DNA of 32,365 nucleotides from a virus (taxonomy: Duplodnaviria > Caudoviricetes): IMG/VR virus record IMGVR_UViG_3300017785_001899, positions 1-32,365 of that record; one strand, written 5' to 3'. This document shows, piece after piece, positions 10,401 through 16,400 of this stretch (position 1 is its first letter; each line of letters opens with the position of its first letter). The notes beneath the pieces are model-generated. The model made no database searches, had not been told where the DNA came from, and was given only the letters and a program-made list of their open reading frames with translations. Position numbers and translations under genes: made by a program.

Positions 10401-13400
10401 AATCTGTGATGTCGCCAAGCACGAACCACTTCACAACTTCTTTGACGCTGGCATCGGCTTTCTTGGGCCAACTCAGAGTGTCCGATTGTGACTTTGCAAA
10501 TTCGTTGATGATCCTTTGAGCCAAGCCCTCGGCTTCGCTTTCCTCGATCTCGTCCTGAACCTCTTCGCCAGCCTCTTGAGTTGCCGTCCTTGTTGTTCCA
10601 GAAACAACCTCTTCAGCGGACTGTCCTTCAGGGAGTCCGAACGCTGCGGCCCAAGCTTTCTGTGCGAGTCCACGGAACGCCAGAACCGGAGACATGAAGC
10701 CAAGCTCTTCTCCGAACACCTTGCGGGCTTCGAGAGTTTGAGCAACGACACTTCCCTCCTGTTGAGCGAGAGACTTGGCCCGATCCATCAACCTCCACAA
10801 CTCAGCAACCTCTGCCGGGTTCTTGGATGTCCCGATCTTGGCGAACATGCGCTTCATCACAGCGGCTATGGTTGCGGACACGTTCTGCTGGCTCAGTCCC
10901 GGAACAGACTTTCCAGATGCGAACTGGGCGATGCTGTCTATCACTTCCGAGTTCGGGGTGTATTCGATGAACTTTTTGGCATCAGCCATCTGCTGCTGAC
11001 GATCTGTTGCTGTGTAGTCCCCGGTAAAGAATCTGCCCTGAGTCGCTTTACGCTGCTGCTCTTTCTCAGCTTCAGTGAGTCCGGGAAGTTCTGGCTGATC
11101 CGCGAACGAGAACGATGCGTCTTTGCGCTTCGGGTTTTCGATCAACTCTTCCGGCTTGAACACTTCACCGTTCTCTTGAGTGATCGTGATGTCGCCATCA
11201 TCGAACACGACGTAGTTATAAGTGACTTTAGGTTTTGAAATTACTGTGTCGTAGCCTTCAGCCTCAAGCTCTTCCTGACGCGCCATCGCCTCTTCCCTAT
11301 CAGAAAGCGTTTCGCTTTTACCATCATACTCAATAACCCAACCCGACTGACGACTCCCCTGATCCAGAAATTTGATTCCCTTGATTCCGAGAGACAGGAG
11401 AAACTCAGACACAGCCTTGTTGCCGTTGAGTTGGTATCCAAGATTTTCGTAAAATTCTCCTGCGGATTGCCTATAACCCGGAAGTTTAGTTCCAGCGCTT
11501 AAAAATTCTCTAATGGTTACGGCTGTAAAATAATTGCTAGGGCTATTTTCGTCTGGGTTGTCAAACAACATGCCACTCTTTTCAACGTAATCGTGAAGCT
11601 TGTTGTAAATGCCTTCAGGAAGATCAGCAGCAGACCCTCCATAATCCATCGTATTTTCTGGATCGAAATTGATCTCGACGGTGTAGAGATTGCCAGCCTT
11701 CTGCTCGATCTTTTTACCACGGAGTTCCACCATCTTATTCAGAACAGACGACCAATACTTTGATGACTGTCCACTTAAATTGGAAATTTTTGAAGCGTAA
11801 GCCTCGGCGCGATCTTGCCCCATCAGAAGTATCTTTTCGATAGCGATGTTGACTGGATCAAGCGGCTTGTCTGTCGCTATTTGTTTTCCATCAACCCAAT
11901 AATCAGGAGTGGAAAGCGTGTTTCTGTAATGATTCGCCGTTCTCCGTTCCTGAGCAAAGTAAAGTCCCCATCCATAGACCTGTGCGCCTTCACCAGTTCC
12001 AATCCTGTCGGTTCTGAACCGATCTTTGATCTTGTGGGGTGTTCCATGATAGCCCGTCATCTTCAGGCTTGGAGCAAAGATCGTGGCGTTGCCAGCAACG
12101 ATTGTGTCTTGGCTCATCAGCTTGTTCATCGCTGAATCAAGCAGAACCCGGATGTCGTTTTCAGAAACTGTTTTTACCCATCCAGCATCACGCAAGAACT
12201 GACGGAACATTGCGACGATCTTGTTCCACAGGTTCGGATCGTTCGTGGGGTTCTCAGAAAGGTTCGCTATGAACTCCCTGCCCAAGCGGATTTCAGATCC
12301 GTTCCTGTAACTCTTCCGCATCTTTTCCATCAACGGATGGTCTTTGAAAGAGTCATAAACCTGCTGCATGAACCCATCGAGCCTCTCGCCAAGAGTGGAG
12401 TCAGTCGCAAAGTGTCCAGCCTGCTCGTGAAGCCATGTCGCCCTTGCTTCTGCGAGAGACGACATCATGCTGGCAACGATATAAACCTTGCCGTCGTAGA
12501 GAACGCCACCGATCAGCGCTGGATTTCCACCCTGAGCATAAGCCAACTGGTGAAGCTCATCAGGAAGGTCATTGTATGTGTTCACCACAACCACTGGCAC
12601 AGCAGATGGGAAGTCTGCCTGAAGATCCATCAACTCTCGCTGAACAGATTCTCTGGTGACAGGCTCTTTCTCGGCCCAAGACTCTTCTGTGGCCTGTTCT
12701 TGAGACAGGCGAAGTGCGCGATTCAGAAGCCTGCGCTTTATGACTTCGAGAGTTTTCTTTGGAGAAACAGCCTTCCCAACTTCTCCAAAGCGGTTAGTCT
12801 CCGCTCCGGTGGATTGCTCTTCTCGAACAGATCCTGTTCGCTCTGGTTCTTCAAATAAGTCTCGCTGTTTTCTGCCAATTGATTTTGCTGCGTCGGCATA
12901 GCTGGCAGGCTCTGCGCGTTTGGACGTTGCACCAAGCTTTCCATAAACTTCCTTTTCGAGATACCACAACACAGCCTGAAGGTCTGCGTTTGTGAGATTG
13001 ATTCCCTTACCCTTCAGGATCTGTTGAGCCTTGTTCACCGAGTTTCGGATGAAGTCACGCTCGCTCGCGTTTGCGGGAGCCTCGTTCATTCCGAAGAACT
13101 CTTCAGCGAGACGTTGAGATGCTCGATTGATGTCGCTGCGATCCCTGAATCCGTTCGCTGTGTATTCGATCAGTTTCTTCTTCGCGAAGTCCAGAAGTGG
13201 GCCGGGGTTGTCAGCTTCTGCGTATGGATCGAATGTTCCGCTCTTGATCGCTGCGAGAATCCGCTTCGCATCAGCGCGAAGCTGTGTTGATCCCGGAACA
13301 CTCTTGAGAACCGATGTCAGGTTGGCGATCTGGCGAGGGATCGCAGCCAGTGAAGCCTCTGTGAGAGTTCCTCGATAGCGGTTGAATGTCCGCATGAACC

Positions 13401-16400
13401 AGCGATCCATCGTGACTGGATCGAAGTTGCCGGAAAGGTTCTGATAGAACCCACCACCGATCTTCGGGCCGAACACGAGAGATCCAAATGTTTCGTGAGA
13501 TGATTTCTCTCCGGTGATGTTCAGCCCGGCAGCGCGAAGCTCTCCGACTGTGAACTTTCCACTGAGGAACTTCGGGAGATTCTCAACACCCAACACGCCT
13601 ATCAACTTATCGAGCATCTTCAGCCCGTCGTTGATTGCGTTCTTGTTCACCCCACCCCAATTTCCATCAACCTCAACATTTCCAGACTGCTTCCACTTCC
13701 CGTAAAGCTCATCTGCGCGAGTGAAGTTTGACTGAACATCCTGACCGTTGCTGGTGATCGCGATCATCGCACGGATGATTGCCTGCCTGCCCTTGTCGCC
13801 GTCGAGATCCGGGTGGCGCTCGATAAGTGATCGCATGGCTGATCTCATCTGAGATCCATACCATCCGACAGCTTTCGAGTTCTTGCCAACCGCATACTCA
13901 ACCTCTGACGCCATAGCAGAAGCGATCTTCTTGGCGTTCTCTTCGGTGAGTTCTCGAAGCGCACCAAAGGCTTCAGCCACGCGACGGGATAGATGGTCTG
14001 CGACGGCAAAGACTTTAGAGTATCCAGAAGCACCTTCAGCCTTGTCGTCTGCCGATAACTCGAAATCTACGCGCTGCGGTGGCTTGATTCCTTTTTGAGG
14101 CCAACCAGACAGGACATCTATTGCGGTTCTGTTCGGGGAACGACCAGCCATCGAGAAATCCGCTTTTCCAGATCCGGGGAGAGCTTTGAAAACTGCGGCA
14201 ACGCTGAAGTCTCCGTTGTAGTAACCAACGTATCCAGCCTCTGAGATCAGACGCTCGTAGATGGTATTGACAGCTTGATCGTATCTTTCTCCAAAGTGAC
14301 GCGGAAAGCGCTTCTCGGCTTCATCCTGAGCTTTCTCATAAATGTCGTCAGGATCGCTCTTGTAATCGTAAAGATGGTCGGCGTTGATTTCGACATCGTG
14401 CCGTTTAGGGCCAAGTCCCTGCTCAGGGGAATACCCGGATAATCCGTAATAGCTTCTGGCAGGAAAATCGTTAGGGTATTCGGCCTTTCGCAGACGCTCC
14501 GCACCTTGGATTCCTTTTCCATGATACTTTGGATCAATCTTTTTCTTGGTGAGATCAACATTGCTCCAATGCGAAATCGTTACTCTCCCCCCGCGCTCGC
14601 CGGGAACAAGCTTTCTGGCTTTGCCTGCGAGAGTTCTTGGTCGAGAGCTTTTAGCCCCCGGCTTTTCTGTTCTGAGCGCGAAGCTTGCTTCTGCTCCGGT
14701 GTTTGCTGTTCCGGCTGTGGCTGCTGTTGATTGTTGTCCATAAGGTATGTTAGCACTTTTCTGTTGAGTGTCAAACCGAGTAGCCCAACTTGGAAGAAGA
14801 GCAACTTTTTGAACCGCATAAGGACGGTCTTTTGGGCTGATGTTCTTTCGTCTCTGTCCGTCGTAATTTTGAGATCCGAAATTGACCCACGAGTTTTGCC
14901 CACGAGTCTCAGTCGTTAAGGCCAGTTGAGCCAATGGTGAAAACATCTGGCTGTGCTTTATCCAAGCGTTCTCTTCTCCTCTTGGCCCGAACTGGAAATC
15001 TTCAGCAGCGTGTCCATAAAGATCGTGGATAGCACGAAGCTTGTCGTTCGCTGTGATTCCGTTCTGGTCTGGAACATTGAAAAGTGGGTGTGGTTCTCCA
15101 CCTTGGAAGAAATAAAGATGGTTATTCTCACGAATGTCGCGAGACATCTCTTCCGAGTTTGCGTATGGCTGTCCGGGTTCAGTCCAAGACTCGAAGGTGA
15201 CTCCAAGATCATTAACAGCGTGATCCCACTGAGCGTTTATCTCCTTCTCAAGTTGACGATAGGCGGGAACAGCTTTTTCATCAAAGACAGGAAGCGCGTC
15301 ATACGCTGTGGCAATTGCCCTTGCTACCGACTCTTTAACTTTAGCGTAGAGTCCCTTCTTTATCGGAGGGAGTCCAACCGAGGCAGCGTAGCGATCTGAA
15401 GCCGCTATTACTTCTTGATTGGGGACTGAGCCTTTCCTTGGCCCTTCACTACTATCTTCTTGCCGCCCGGTTTCCACCCCTTCGGCGGGCGATGAAACGG
15501 CTGGCTTGATTCCTGACCCTGCGCTGGTTTGTTCGACATAAGGTATGTTAGCACTTGTTTGTTTAGTGTCAACCGAAGCTGCGGCTTGAGCCTTCAGTTT
15601 TTCAAAATCTGCCCGCATCGCTTCTTGGACGGCATTTGATTTGTCCTGAAGGGCCTGCGGAAGGGATTCGAGCGATCCACCCGGATTGAGCGGTTTATCA
15701 GCAAATGAAAAATCAGCGCCTTTCTGCTTAGGATCGGCTCCCCCGTATTTATTAACAGGGGTTAAGGACTTTTCCAATACTTGAGATGGGTTGAAAACCG
15801 CTATTACAGAATGTTTCCCGACACCACCTCGGCGTACACCTCCCAAGTAAGAGATGGCGTCGAAGCCCATCGCTTGCACCATTTGCCCGGCTGCTGGTTT
15901 TGCACCGTCGCGAAAATCAATTGGGCCAACAGATCCCATGTTTTCATTACCACTACGACTGTATCGGTAATAGAAATACTCAGCCGTGCTGACAAGGCTT
16001 TTATACAGATCAAGACCAGACGCTTCGGGTGGTATTTTGTTTTTTATTGTGGTGGCTATTTCAGGAGGTAGCTTGGACAACGCTTCAGCCAACTCCTCTT
16101 GGGATATTGAGCGCTCCATGTCGAGTGGATTTTTAACATCCAAAAATGCTGAGACAACACCCGGAGAAGCTGGAGACTCCAACTGCTCTTTGGTAAATTC
16201 AGGAGTTCCGAAGAAGTCTCTCTGCTCGGTTGGCTTCGTGGAGTATCCTTGAGGCTGCAATCCAACCAAGCTACGAAGTCGGTTTCGGATTGGTTGCCCC
16301 GCTGCCGCTGACCACTTATCCGTGAAGTAAATCATCGGCCCAAACAAGCTGTCCTTGTTCAGTCGGTCTAGCTTGAAATCGCCAGCGTCTTTAATGTTCC

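Larger units (their letters stand above)
14739..15572 (-). repeat. 36-bp direct repeat, copies at 14739-14774 and 15537-15572
   Basis: TTGACACTCAACAGAAAAGTGCTAACATACCTTATG versus TTGACACTAAACAAACAAGTGCTAACATACCTTATG: 33/36 identical, with all three differences in the -35/-10 spacer. Confidence 0.95.

Noticed and set aside
10516-11238. 240-aa plus-strand ORF and similar long antisense ORFs (e.g. 19445..20119, 12337..12858, 31159..31695)
   Set aside because: They are shadows of well-supported genes on the other strand, with no motifs, promoters or plausible starts.
11545-11566. Additional minus-strand TTGACA hexamers (here and at ~2120, ~4625, ~7940, ~31770)
   Set aside because: No convincing -10 box plus leaderless ATG was seen at the expected spacing.
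15748-15778. TTGGAA-17-TAATAA promoter-like string (minus strand) after ART module 1
   Set aside because: Weaker match with no start codon at leaderless distance, inside an AT-rich coding stretch.
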